From NCBI GenBank assembly GCA_043228905.1, contig JBHGNT010000014.1:8990001-9054000 (forward strand): a stretch of 64,000 nt of DNA, read 5' to 3'. The DNA comes from Azolla caroliniana. Taxonomy: Eukaryota; Plantae; Polypodiophyta. Positions 36,326 to 50,233 of this stretch are shown here, piece by piece. How positions within the stretch are numbered: position 1 is the first letter of the stretch; every line of letters begins with the position of its first letter. Under the pieces are notes generated by a model, which saw only the letters and a program-made list of their open reading frames with translations, had not been told where the DNA came from and ran no database searches. The translations under genes were made by a program, and so were the position numbers.

Positions 36326-38369
36326 GTTGCTGTCTAGCTAAGCCGGTTGTCTAACGCTTCCGCATCTTCGTTCTTACATAGAGCTTGGACAATCCTTTGG
36401 TGAAGGACTTGGCCGAATATCGTTCTTCGAGTTGACATTCAACTCTTCCTCGATCGGGTCGGATGGAGCCGAATCAAGATTATACCAAGTTGTCGATTCA
36501 TCGAAGACTACGTCTCGACTCACCTAAACCATTCGGGTGGAAGGGTTATAGCACTTGTATGCATTTTTCTCAGACGCATATCCTACGAGGATACATTTCT
36601 CCGACTTCGCATCCGACTTCTATTGTTTTTCATTTGGGATGCATACATTTGCAATGCTTCTGAACACTTTGAGGTGTGATAGGCAAGGAGCTTATATAGA
36701 GTTAGCTCATGCACTCCATTAGTGGTGCATTGATTAATGAGATAGATGGACGTGGATGCGACTTTGGCCCAATAGAAGTTCAGCATGTGCTTCTCATGCA
36801 TCATGGCATGTGCTACCTCGAGTATGTGCCGATTCTTCCTTTCGGCCACTCTATTTTGTTGGGGTGTGTGTCGGCACAAGAATTCTCTCTGAATGTCGTC
36901 ACTTTGGAGGTAGGAGATGAATTCATTGGAGATGTACTCCTTGCCTCCATCCGATCGTAGGCATCGAATGTGAGAGCACTTCACTCTTCTTGCCTCCATC
37001 CGGTTGTAGGTTTCTTTTTCGACTTGTCTCTTGAGCTTTTGAAAGTGTAGGAGCACTTCACTCGTCTCCTTCATCGGGAAGATCCACGTGTAGCGGGAGT
37101 AGTCATCGATGAAGGTGACGTAATATTAGCATCCACCGATCATTGGCGTTTGAGCCGGTCCCCATACATCCAAATGTATGAGGTCGAGGAGGCCTTTGCT
37201 TATGTAGATCTCCTTCGGAAATGGGGGGCGATGTTGTTTGACTAGTTGGCATGCTTCTCACACTCGATCGACTCATTTCGACTCAAAGGTTAGGAGTCCG
37301 ATGATGACTCCCTTTGATTGCATAGCTCGGAGCCATTGGAGGTTGATGTTGCTGATTCTCTTGTGCCACAACTCAATGTTCGTCTCAGTTTTGAGATTTT
37401 TGGTATACATGGCCGATTTCACCTCGTTCGAATCGAGGATGAACATTCGATTGTCTCTTCATCCCTTAGCTATGAGTCAGCCATCATTTTCTATGAAACA
37501 TCCTTCATTGTTGAAATGAACTTGCATGCCTTGCTCCTCCTCGATTTGGGCGACCGAGACCACATTATTTGTTATTGTAGGAACATGCAAGACATTCTTG
37601 ATGCAATTGTTTTGGCCACTGTGGCCGAATGGAATGTTACCAATGTGTGAATGGGATGTGTGGTGTCGTCTCCCGTTGTTATGTAGCCGGGTCGATCCGG
37701 CGTTCTTAGGTCATGAAACTACTCTTGGTGTGATGTCATATGATGTGAGGCACTAGAGTTGACGAACCACACGTCTTCGAAGTTGGAGGTGCTTGTGGAG
37801 TTGAAGGCCGTCATAGAGTTTTCTCTATGTCTCATTACGAATAGCCCACCATAGTCATTGTATTCGGAATTGGTGGCATAATTTGTGAGTTTTCGGCTTA
37901 TCGAAGCCAACTCACTTCTCTTCTTTTGGCACTCCTCTTTGTGGTGGCCGATTTGGTCACAATAGTTGCAAGTAGCGGGCCTCCTTTGACGACCTTGTTC
38001 GGCATGGAAGCTCCCCCTACTTCCAAAGGTTCCTCAATGGCTTCCATCTTTTTGTTGAAGGTTTGAGTTTCCTTCGTAAGATGGGTCAAATCGACCTCTT
38101 CTACCGCCGCGAGCTCGTCCTTGGCTGCCATCCGAATTCGAGAAGAACATTTGTCCTTCCGACGTCTTGGTCTTGGTTCGGACATGGTTCTCTTCGACCA
38201 TTAACATTGATTGGAGGTCGAAGAACGGAGGGTTTTCTCTCGCCAAGATAGTCATCCTTATCTGGTCGAACCGATGTGCGAGGTCGATTAACAAGAGTGT
38301 AGCTAAATTCCTTTCTCTATATTAATAAGCATCAAAACAAAACATCTGACAAAACATCTGACAAAACAA

Positions 38370-41071
38370 TCCCGCCTTGTGTGGATACTGTGATAAATTC
38401 AGCCATTATGAGTCAAAGTGCCAAAAAAAGAAGAGTGAGTCAGACTCCACAAGCCGACAACTCACAAACTACGCTTCCAACTCCGACTACGACAATCATG
38501 GCGGGATGTTTGTGATGAGGCACAGAGCAAACTGAATGACAACTTCCAACTCGACCAACACCTCCAAACCAAAAGACGTATGGTTTGTGAACTTGGGTGC
38601 ATCCAATCATTGGACATCCCACGAGGATTGGTTCAAGGAACTACAAAAGCCTGAACAACCTAGCTATGTAGAAACTGGGGATGACACAATTCACCCCATT
38701 CAACATGTCGGAAATGTCCCATTTGGGGAAAAAGGGAACCGAACATACATAAAAAACATTCTCCATGTTCCTACAATAACGAAGAACTTGGTCTTTGTTG
38801 TCTAGATAGTCGAACAAGGCATGCAAGTCCGCTTCAACAATGGAGGATGTTTCACAGAAAAAAAAAGACAACTTTTTGCTTGCGGTCGGAGAGAAGGTCA
38901 GATGTTCATCCTCGACTCTCACGAGATGAAATCGGCAATGTATCAACCTCTAAAAGCTGAAGGGAGCAGTTTACCGAAAGGAGTTGTCATCAGACTCCCG
39001 ATTTTTACCAAAAAGGAAATTGCAGGCGTGTGCAAAGCTTGTCAATTCGGCAAACAACACTGACAATTGTTCCCAAAGGAGAGAAATGTAAGCAAAAAGG
39101 GATCCTAGATGTAATACATTAAGATGTATGGGGACCAACCCAAACGGAAACATTCGGTGGTTGTCGGTACTACGTAATGTTCTCGAGACATGTACCTATA
39201 TTTATCCTATGCGCCAAAAGAGTGAAGTGTTCTTCCACTTCCCGAAATTCAAGAACAAAGTCGAAAAGGCAACCAATCTTCATGTACGATGCCTTAGATT
39301 GGACGATGGCAAAGAGTACTTCTCCGACGCTTTTACCACATACCTTCGACAAAAAGGAATCCGGCAGGAGTTTACTTGTTGACACACACCTCAACAGAAC
39401 GAAGTAGTCGAAGGCAAGAACCGACACATACTCGAGGTGGTAAGGGCAATGATGAATGAGAAACATCTGCCAAAATCATAGTGGGCTGAAGCGGCGAATA
39501 AGGTCGTCTATCTAATGAATCACTGCACAACATCAGGAATGCACGATGTTACCTCTTGCGAAACATTCTATGGGAAGAAACCGGATCTATCCCACGTTAG
39601 GATATTTAGTTCAATAGCATATGTACATATTCACTCGAGCAAAAAAGGTATAAGTGCTTCGATCCTTCCACCAAGAAGGTACGAGTGAGTTGGGATGTCG
39701 CATTCGACGAGTCGGCATCTTGGTATACAAATGAATCGGCCCCATCTGACACAGTCAAAACCGAGTTCGACAAAGATATGGAGGAGGATGATCAACCGAG
39801 GCTCACATTAGAGGAAAGTCCAATCTCAACTAGGTTGAGTGGACCACAAGAGAGGTCCATTCAAAGTACCGACTCCGACCCCGATCTACTGTGACAACAT
39901 GAGTAGCATGCAGCTGGCCAAGAACCCTATGTTCCATGCACGCACAAAGCACATAGAAGTGCACTACCACTTTGTGTGCGAGCAAGTCCTGAGCAGTGAA
40001 GTTGAACTTCGGTATGTTCAAACGGATTGGTAAGTTGCCAACATCTTCACCAAGCCATTCGGATCAGACAAGTTGCAACATTTTTCCGAGATGCTTGGGT
40101 TACAACATCTCGACATGCCACAGTTGAGGGGGAGAACCGGAACCGGAACAAAAACGGAGAAACAGGTAATGGCACTAGACAAGGAGCCAGAGAGAAAGAA
40201 ACAACAAAAACAGAGGGAGACAAGGATGAAAATGAAGCCGAATCCGAACAAGTTGGAACAAGCAACGATGGCGGTAGAGTCAAGAAGGTCTGATGTGGTA
40301 AAGGGCCTGAAGATTCAGGAAGAATTGGAGACGGCCAATCCGGACAAGCATCGGAATGAATCGTAGCCACTCGATTCGGAAGAGGTGTTCGATTCGGATG
40401 AGCCGAATCAACTCAAGGCCAAGTGCACAAGAAGGCAGTAGAAGTCGACACCGACATAGAGGAACCGGCAGGTCGAGAAGCGCCAAAGTCACAACAACGA
40501 AGGGGTTGAGATGGTCCTTATGAGTAGACAAGCCGACCGAGAAGGTTGAGGATCGTGGAATTGGACGAGTCCTGGGAAGTGGGACCAGACGAGACGAGGA
40601 GTGCGAGCAAGGCGAGAAGACGCCAAGAGGAACCGAAGGAAAGGACCAGCAGACACTGACACCATGATCCTGCCTCACGTTGAGCTTGAGGGGGAGTATT
40701 GAGTGGAGAAGCTCAACCGGATCTGGATCAATATCTGAAACCAAGGGCCGGATCGGATTGTAACTGGTAGGACGATAGAAGCCTACGGTCCTAGCCTAGT
40801 ACGTCGGCATATTTTTGGGAGTTAGTGTCTGATGCTCTGTATGAGCATTGAAGAACTTGTCAATCCTTTTGAGGACCTATATAAAGGTGCTCTCTGAGCA
40901 CATTGTATGTACAGAGTATTATTTTGAATAGAATTTTACTGCTTTGCTCTCTCTGTCTCTCCCACGTACTCTATGTGTGATTTAAGCTTTCCATTAGACC
41001 TGTGTATATTTTTCTTTGGCTATCCGGTGAAGCCGGTTCCGTTTATAAGCTTCCGCATGCAATTCTTTTCA
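38370..41071 (+). mobile_element. Decayed Ty1/Copia 3' part with RT deleted
   Basis: Zinc-knuckle relic, PR VWFVNLGASNH, IN; jumps at ~39855 to the end of RH (PIYCDN..HARTKHIEVHYHF); PPT; 3' LTR 40697-41071. Confidence 0.85.
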
Positions 41072-42314
41072 GAATGGTGTTTATATGGTTAGTTAGAGGA
41101 CATTAATAAATAAGGAGGGAGTTGGCATTAACTATTGTTAATGGCTATGTAAATAAATATCATACAATTCTGATGAAACTTATAAACTCAGAATGTCATG
41201 TTTTTGGCCAATATCTGATACATCAATCAAATGGTTGAGAGGAAACATGAAATTGAATGTGGGAACAAACATTTCAGGCATTGATTATTGGTCTTGCCTC
41301 TCATTTCCCAACTTATATGAAACTTTGGGATTCCATTTTAGTTTAAACATAGGATTCCATTTCCAAATATTTATTCAAACTTTGAGATTTCTAGGTTCCA
41401 TGGATTTCTGCAAAACTAAAAAAAAAGTCATAAACTTATGGGCTTATTCCCTAGTCAAACGCTAATAATGGATTATATAATGAAATGGTTTTTCCCTTAA
41501 TGTACTTTGGTCTCAGAGGTGGTGCAATCGCTTTCTACAATGTCATCTTGTTGCATGGATCTCCATGTGCTATTAAAAAAATAAAATAGAGATTAATATA
41601 TTTGGAATTGCCTATAAAGTAATGACATTATGGTTTGAATTAGAGTGACTAGTTTTGTAGCATTGAAGAAAGATCTATATATTTAGTGTTGATTAACAAA
41701 TGTAATATATCTATGATGTCCTGAGACCAAACATTTCATTTGAAACCATATGGTATAAAAGTCATTTCTCTACACAAACTCATAATATTATCATTGGGAA
41801 TCACAAGTTGAAGCGTAACTTTAATCAAGAAAGATTGTGAACATACAAACAATAATGAAATATTATGATAATACCTAATTGTCCTAAATTCTATATATGG
41901 TCAATGTTGTTGGATCATGTTTTTGACATGCAATCATGTGTTGAAAACAAAAGTGTAGAAACTTACAAGAATGAGTGGATAATCATGCCAATTGCAACGA
42001 CACCAAACGAGACAAAGTATAAAGCTGGAACCTATAATCCAAAATCTAAATGTACCTTACAAAAAACTGAAATTTTCTTACAATAGATTTGATTCACAAT
42101 GCACGCGTTACCTTTTGGTGGTATACATAATTTTGCGTGCATGTTGCCCACATATCCGATGTTATTAACGATAAGCTCAGCATCGTAGATCCATTCATCT
42201 ATGAAAATATGGTGGTCAATCATAATCAAAATATTATTTTCCTTATTGAAATGTTTATTTATCATATACATTAAGCAAAATGCATGAATATGAGAATGTA
42301 TTGTAAAGGGACTT

Positions 42315-45300
42315 TGTTGAGATACCAAGCTCAACTAGGCTTAATGTAGTCGTTGGTAGTTATTAGCTTGGCTAGAATTCAATGCTCATGAATGAACCAG
42401 TTGTACTTATGTCAACCCACTCCTTTATGAGAGATAAAGAGGGCTTTGTATAAAAGATGTTGTCAAAGCAAGTTGTAGTTGTCGACCATTTTTTATAGTG
42501 AATATAGGTCTTTTGTTTCATGTGCAGACTCAAGTTGTGTATTGCTTGATATCCATCTCCATTTCCGTTTCTGTTTCTGGTTTCAAAGATTCCATCTTTG
42601 TTGTATTATTTTGTTTGGCCTAGCCGAATGTGTATGTGGTTATGTATACTATTCGGTTGAGCTGACTCTGTGTCAACATCCAAAAACATTTACATGGTAT
42701 CAAAGTGTGAGGGTTCAAATTGATCCTCTACAACCGACACTGGTTCTGACACAAGTTAAGACCACAAGTTCAGGGCAATCAACCAACAATAGGAAAATGG
42801 ACAAGAATATGGGAAATGCACTCCCAACTGAGAAGTTGGAATGAAACAAATACGCATCTCTAGAGTACAAGATGCACTAGTATATGTTAGAACACAACCA
42901 CTAGAGTTATATTGATGGAGTCAATGAAGAGGCGTTGGAGCCAACACACAAAGGCTTCCCTGCTTGGGAGCAAGCAACAAGCATAACTTTACTACCTAGC
43001 ATCTTGTGTCCATGATCAAATGCTCGGCTATATTTGAGAAGCCAAGATTCTTGGGAAAATCTGAAAAATATTTTTGCAATGAGCACAACGACCAAAAAAT
43101 TGTAGCACAGACAGGAATTGAACAATGTCCAACAAAAAGACATGTCGGTGGCACATTGGGTTCCATCAAATCACATGAAGAACTATGAAGAACAGTTCAC
43201 GAGCTTAAGAGAGCCTGAACAACTGAGATATGTTGAGACTGATGACGCCACTATTCACACCATTGAACACGTTAGTGATGTTCCTCTAAGCCATGTCGGC
43301 CAGAGAGGGTGCATGAAGGATGTCCTACATGTGCAAACGATGTCGGCACCACCATGTATGGTAAAGGGAAGAAAGTCGATTTAGACATCAACTCGTGGCA
43401 CAAGCGGTTCGACCACATCATATTTCTAAGATTAGAAGACATGTAGTCGAAACAACTTGAGATTACAAGACATGTATTCAATGGCCGAATTTCTGAAGCA
43501 TGTCAACTCAAAAAGCAACATTGGCCTCCATTCCCCAATGAGCACAATCACAACTAAAACAAGCTCAATCTGATCCATTCAGATGTCTCAGGATCTACAT
43601 AGAATGTGAGCCTTGGTGGCAGCCGGTACTTTGTTTCCTTCATTGATGATTTTTTGAGCCACACTTGGATCTTCCTGATTGAGAAGAAGAGCAAAGTCTT
43701 CCCTTGCTTACTGAAGCTAAAGAGCCTAATAAAAAGGGAGACAGACATGAAGATCAAGTGTCTACGATCTGATGGCTAGAGGGAGTACTTCTCCGGCCAA
43801 TTCACCGGATACCTACAAAAGGAAGGAATTCAAAGAGAATTCTCATGCAGGTATATGCCGCAAAAAAATGGCGTGGCTGAAAGGAAGAATCTGACAATAG
43901 TCGAAGCCACTTGGGCAATGCTTGAGGACAACCACATGCTGAAGCACTACTAAGCCGAAGTAGTCAGGACGACGGTATTTCTATTGAACCGCACGTTGAC
44001 AAGTGGTGCACAAGTGACTCCGCATGAGGTGTATTTCGGGCGGAAGTCAAATATGGAACATCTTTGTGTTTTCTGCAACATTGCTTATGTCCATGTCCCA
44101 AAAAGAAAAGGAGGAAGCTCGACCCGAAGGCCAAAAATTGCATATTAGTTAGCTATTCACATGAGTAGAAGGGGTATAAGTGTTATAACCCCTAAACCCG
44201 AGAAGTTCGAGTAAGTTGAGATGCCATATTTGATGAAGCCGCCTCATGGTATTCACCTTGTGTTATTACGACTCTTGTAAGTTCTATGCCGAACTCTAAT
44301 GATGAGGATAGTGTTTCTGGCACGTTCAAGGAAGACATCAAAACTCAAGAAGAGTGTCCAATCTCATTTCGCCTAAGTGGGCAGGAAGTGTCGCTGAAAC
44401 GAGATCCCGAAAAGTTTAAAAGAATCGGCTCTCATGTCACTAAGGAAGACAACATGCCGAAACCAGGGGAAGCACAAGATGCCCCAACATGGTGACAAAA
44501 AAGCGGGTTAGAGCACAGGACTCCAATAGTGCATTGAGCAATGATGTTGGAGCCCCTGAACTGAGGTTTGATTCAGCCAAGAGAGCCATGAAGTCGGCAA
44601 CTGAAAAGTTGCTCCAATCGACACACCACCGGAACCTCGTAATCTAGTATGTATATAACGAGTACATGGTACACCATTATGCATACATGATGAAGGTGGC
44701 AACAATATGCAAGCCGGAGAGCTTTGCGGAGGCGTCAAAGGATGCCAAGTGGTAGAAGCCATGGAAGAAGACATGCGGGCATTAACCGCAAACAACACCT
44801 GGGACCTGGTTGATCCCCCAAGAAATTGAAAATTGCAAATTGCTCAGCTATAAGTGGTTTTACAGAGTCAAGTACAATGCCAACAGTTCAGTCAACAGGT
44901 ATGAAGCAAGAGTTGTGGCTAAAGGATACGCAAAGACCAACAGAATTGACTATCACGGGTCCTAGCAGTTGTCGCGGGAAGTTGGGGGCATCTTCACTCG
45001 ATGGGTGTGAAAAATGTGTTTCTTTAAGGTGATCTTGAAAAACAAGTGTACATGGTACAACCCTCAAGATTTTGGTCAAAAGTGAACAAGTCGGTAGTGT
45101 GTCAGCTGAAGAAGTCTTTGTATGAACTCAAGAAAGCTTCGAGAGCTTGGAACTCAATGATTATGCAGTATTTGCGTAAAATAGGGTTTGAGATGTCTCA
45201 ATTCGACAATTCTTTATTCATCTGAAAAGGTCAAGAAAGTATTAAATGGATCTTGCTGTATGTGGATGACTTGGTCATCACTGGAGCCAACGTGTCCGAA

Positions 45301-46792
45301 ATTGACCATGTGAAGACCTAGTTGTCGAATGCCTTTGAGATGAAGGATTTGGGGATCCTTCAATACTTCCTCAGGATCGAAGTGATCCACACCCCTGACG
45401 GCATATTGTTGACACAACTTCATTATGTCCAATATGTTGTTCAAGTTCGGCATTACGGAATGTTAATCCATCTCTACTCCCCTCGATCATAATCAAAAGC
45501 TTAACCATGACTCTGGAATGCCATGTGACAAAATGTGACTCAAGAAAATTGTCGAGAGCTTAATCTATCTAACGATCACCTGACAGGAAAATGAGTTATC
45601 TTGTCAGCGTGATCACTCAATTCATGCCAAGGCTGATTTTCAAACACATGCAGTGTGTGCATCGCATGTTGTGGTATGTAAACAACACCCTTGATTGTGG
45701 GCTTCTATACAGAAATGATGCTACCCGAACAACGAATTGGCTATACAAACGCCGATTGGGCTAGAGACGCCACAAATTGCCGATTGACATCAGTGTCACG
45801 TTCTCCCTTGGGAGTGTGGAGATCTCCTGGAGTCGCAACAAGTAGCCAACAATTGCATTTTTGAGCATTGAAGTGGAGTATCGAGGAGCGATCATTGCAA
45901 CGTGCGAGGCAATTTAGCTGAAAAGACTACTGAGGAATCTACGAGTGGGAGTTGCCGAATGATCCCAGTCTTTTGTGATAAGCACAACAGCATCCATCTT
46001 GCCAAAAACTCGGTTTTCCAGGTTCAAACAAAGCACATTGAGGTGCATTACCATTTCATGCGCGAGAGGGTTCTTAGCGGTGAAGTCGAATTGTGATTCG
46101 TTTGGTGTGATCGGAATGCAGCCCCTAGTGGAAAAGCTGCAATAACTCATGGAGATGTTAGGGCTTCTACATCTCCATATGCGTTGCTTGAGGGGGAGAA
46201 CACGAGAGGAGCTAAACAAGTCAAATGAGTTGAAACATGCCGAAAGGCTAGATGGTCAAAATGGACGAAGGTCGAGAGAGTTGAAGCAGGCGGATGAGTC
46301 GGAGTAGGCCGGAGGGACGATACAAAAAAAAACAGAGACCAATAGGTCCGAAAGGGCCGGAATGCTGAAACAACTAAAATCGAAAGTCGGCATCAACTTG
46401 AGCTTGAGGGGGTGTGTTGAGATACTAAGCTCGACTAGGCTTAATGTAGTCATTGGTAGTTATTAGCTTGGCTAAAATTCAGTGCTCATGAACCAGCCAA
46501 TTGTACTTATGTCAGCACACTCCTTTATGAGAGAAAAAGAGGGCTTTGTATAAAAGATACTCTCAAAGAAAGTTGTAGTTGTCAACCATTTTTTATAGTG
46601 AATACAAGTTTTCTGTTTTGTGTACAGACTCTATGTATTGCTTGATCTCCATCTCCATTTTTGTTTCTCTTTCTGGTTTTTGTGATTCCATATTTTTTGT
46701 ATTATTCTATTCGGCGTAGCCGACTATGTATGTGGTTCTGTATATAATGTTCGACGGAGCGGACTTTGTGTCAATTTCTTCAAACATTTACA
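42315..46792 (+). mobile_element. Old Ty1/Copia element with both LTRs and internal deletions
   Basis: LTRs 42315-42694 and 46415-46792 (visibly diverged); perfect TSD GACTT; PBS TGGTATCAAAG; heavily disrupted gag, IN, RT and RH. Confidence 0.92.
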
Positions 46793-47382
46793 GACTTTGA
46801 GTAAAGAAGTGACAACAAGCATCATGATTATGTTCATATAGTGTGGTTGTAATAATATTAATATATATAGTAGGTGTGTATAGTTGTTCATCAATAGAAC
46901 TATGTATGAAAATCAAACTTCTTTAACTCGAAACCTATATTGAGCAACCTTTTTGGCTGTGGAAGCACATCAAGCCACTTGTATATTCTTTTGGTCGATA
47001 TTGAGCAAATGACAAAATTAAGATTGTCAATGTGTTGCAAGGAATTGTTTATATTCTCCCTTATTGCAAGCAATCCCAGGAAATCTCCTTTATACAAATT
47101 ATTTGTTGCTCAAATGTATTCTATGGTTTACTTATCTAGGTCCTCATGCAGAATTGACTATAGCATCTAAGCAAGAGACACTTTTGACATAAAAAATTAA
47201 AAGAGTTGGTGAAAGAGAGAGTTAAAGAAATGTAGAGACAAGAAAGGAAGGATCGTGCAACTATCATGCTTGAGTGTTGGACTAAATATGAGAAATGCTA
47301 GAGCCTGCAATGAACTAGAGCAAGCTCAATTATGTTATGTATGTGTGTCCCTCCTGATGGGGGTAGATGGTTGAAAAGTTGC

Positions 47383-47546
47383 AAATCGACCAGGAGGCTG
47401 ATTAAGGGTCGGTTGGTTAGAATCGGCCGAGAGGCCAAATAAGGGCCGGTTGGTCAGATTCAACAAAGAGGCCGAATGAGGGCTGGCTGGTCAAAATCGG
47501 CTGAGAGGCCAAATGAGGATTGGTTTGTTAGATTCGGTCAGGAGGT
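47383..47546 (+). repeat. ~36-bp degenerate tandem repeat (about 4.5 copies) in LTR U3
   Basis: Unit resembles AATCGGCCGAGAGGCCAAATAAGGGCCGGTTGGTCAG. Confidence 0.8.
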
Positions 47547-48342
47547 TGAAAATATATATACATATATATAGGAAAATAAGTTAGGGCAACTATATAATTA
47601 TCTCTATGCATGATAGATAGAAGTGTATTGAGTAGAGAGTGCGTGAGTGAGACAAAGAAGAAAGAGAGAAAGACGGAGAGTGTAGAGAAATGTAGAGAGA
47701 TATGAAAGAGATACACAGAAAGGATTTAGGGTTTGGTGGACTTGGTTGAAGCCTTAGCCGTGGTTTCAAATGACGACTTGGGAGTACACTTATACCTGAA
47801 CAGATTCTACCATTTCACTACTGTTGTGTGAGTCTTGCCTCCTCCACAGTATTGTGGTACTCTCCTAAGATTTTTGTTTTCCCTTAGCAAGCTAGGAAGT
47901 CTTTGTATCTTGATTTGTATACTCCCGGCTCATAGTGGAAATTTTGTTGCTCCGTGGTTTTCCCTAGTTTTAGGGTTTCCACATTAATCGTGTTTATTCT
48001 TTTCTATGTTTGTGTCTCAAATTAATTTCATTTTGTTTATCTTTAATTGGAAACACTTTAATATGGTATGAGAGCTCTAGGTGCTATATGGATGGAAGTG
48101 TGAGTGGTTTTTCGAGGAACGATAGTCCTAAACTCTCACAACTATTCGGACTAGAAGATCAAAATGGAGGATCTTCTGATAGTTAGAGACCTATATGAGC
48201 TGATAGATAGGAAGGACATACTAACGGGGGTAATAGAGTTTGAGTGGAAAACCCTAAATAGAAAGGTTGTCGCAACCATCAAACAATGTGTAGATGTGAG
48301 CGTCCTTCAGCATGTAGCAAACGATACAAATGCCCATGACTT

Positions 48343-49012
48343 TGTTAGGAAATAGGTCCCTCCGGATGGGAAGTGGGAAGAACAGTACTGATGAGCAGAC
48401 TCGGTCGAGGCCGAAACCGGATAACGAGTACCCGGCTACGGAAGACCCGGTGAGAACCGGATGACGAGACCCAGCTACGGAAGACCCGGAGAGAACCGGA
48501 TGACAAGTGCCCGGCAAGAGCCGGATGATGCAGGCTCGGTGAGGAGTGCTCAACGGATGAAGGGACATATTTATAAATATGTTTCCTGAGAGTCCATCGT
48601 GGCTATATTTGTAAATAGCCGAAAAGTCATATTAGTATAAATATGACTTAGGGAAAACTTAGTAGATAGAGTTGTTGTCGTTCTTGTTGGTGCAAGATCA
48701 GAGCGCGTAACTGTGTACAAAGAGAGAGAGAGAGAGAGAAAGAGGTCGTTGCCTCTGTTGTAACCGCCGCCTGTGGCGAAGATAACAAGCTCAAGGTCGT
48801 TGCCTCGGGGCTTTAACATTGTACATTGTGATATAGCGATAGTTTGCAACCAGTGGGCAACCGTGGATATTCCCTACTTTGGGTTTTCCATGTTAACATC
48901 CTGTGTACTCTTCTCTGCATTGTGTCGTGCTTTCATTTCCCATTTTTCTGTGTATGATTCTAAGCTTGGTTGTGGCCGAGCGTTGCGCATAGGGAGCGTG
49001 CAGTTCATGTCA
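48343..49012 (+). mobile_element. Solo LTR (family B) inserted in a Copia gag
   Basis: TGTTAGG...ATGTCA; perfect TSD GACTT; homologous to 12134-12889. Confidence 0.93.
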
Positions 49013-49544
49013 GACTTGCGGCATAAGCTCTCAGGCCTGTATGAAAGGAAAATTCTCTCAACAAAGCTTCCCTGATGAGAAAGTTGGTGAGGCTAAAAAT
49101 GTACACGAATGGTGATAACATTGTGGTGCACATCAATATTGTCATGGGGTTAGTAAACCAGCTAGCATCAACGAAGTTCCCATTAGATGATGTCGTGCAA
49201 GCCTTGTTACTACTATATACCCTACCACACAGTTGGGAGAACCTAATGGTGTCACTTAATGCTTCTTGTCAAGAAGACAACCTATCTTTACAAGTAGTAA
49301 AGGCAAGCATTTTGAACAAAGAGACAAGAAGAGAAGATAAGAGTGCCTTGTCTCAATCGGGAATGAATGTGGCACAAAACCTTCGTAGAGGAAGAAGTAA
49401 ACATAGGAGTCCTCAAAATAGAGACAAGTCTCATGCTAGGTCAAAGTCCAAAGGAAAACTCACGTGTTTATATTGTGAGTGTAAAGAATGAGAGGCGTAG
49501 GTGATGTTGTGTACAGAGGTGAACTGTGTGTGTGCACTTGTAGG

Positions 49545-49575
<31 letters not shown>

Positions 49576-50233
49576 CAAGAGAGCTTAAACAAGAAGTTGT
49601 ATATTAGTGAAAAAAAATAGTTGGTTTAAATACTTCGATTCGGCTGAATCGGCTTCGACTTTCGAAGTACTTCGATTTAGTTGTTTGGCTTTCGGCTCTC
49701 GATTGCTTCGTAATCTTTGTTTTGTTCGACTGTCATCATCATACTTTGACTCCTCTCTTGACTGATCGGCTATTATTCAGTACTCCCCATCAAGCTCAGC
49801 AATGCAGATATGGTGAGCCCAAGGTCCAATGTAAATTGTTCTAGCTTGTCGATTCCTAAGGCTTTTGTGAAGATGTCAACCACCTGAAGATTTGTGTTGA
49901 TGTGTTATAAATCGACATCTCAAGCATGAATGCAAACATGCGCTTCAACCAGATGGTCCCCCATGCGATGATCGTTGCACCCTTGTATTCGGCCTCTATG
50001 CTCGACAGTGCGACAGTCGGCTTCTTTTTGCTGCTCCAAGAGATCGCTCCACTGCCGAGGGAGAAGACGAATCCTGACGTGGATCGTCGATCAACTTTGT
50101 AACTGGCCCAACCCGCATCTGTGTACCCTTCAAGCCGAATGATCGTATCCGACTTATGCATGATGCCAAATTCCATTGTCCCACAAACGTACTTGAGTAC
50201 TTGCTTAACACAATCGAGATGTATGTTCGGAGG

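Larger units (their letters stand above)
25058..36378 (+). mobile_element. Full-length decayed Ty1/Copia element (family C) with a nested element in gag
   Basis: LTRs 25058-25490 and 35922-36378; perfect TSD TAGAG; degenerate PBS; gag-PR-IN-RT-RH fragments; PPT TTGAGGGGGAG. Confidence 0.95.
14007..38340 (-). mobile_element. Old, internally deleted Ty1/Copia element hosting three direct insertions (its own pieces: 14007-14480, 23141-23333, 24825-25057, 36379-38340)
   Basis: 3' LTR 14007-14363 with PPT TGAGGGGGCG; reading frame rejoins across insertions (KFRRSSREKNPITRLGYNEY; PSSTELSGP); IN, PR (VWFVNSSAS) and gag at 36400-38290; 38298-38338 matches 14163-14200 of its 3' LTR. Confidence 0.8.
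47333..49479 (+). mobile_element. Tnt1/Tork-like Copia 5' fragment (LTR ~47333-48063, PBS, gag)
   Basis: PBS TGGTATGAGAGC at 48064; gag KMEDLLIVRDLY ... LLLYTLPHSWENL ... KLTCLYC; LTR start uncertain. Confidence 0.8.

Noticed and set aside
42310-49017. The same TSD, GACTT, at two independent insertions
   Set aside because: Different families and only two events; the other TSDs differ, so chance is adequate.
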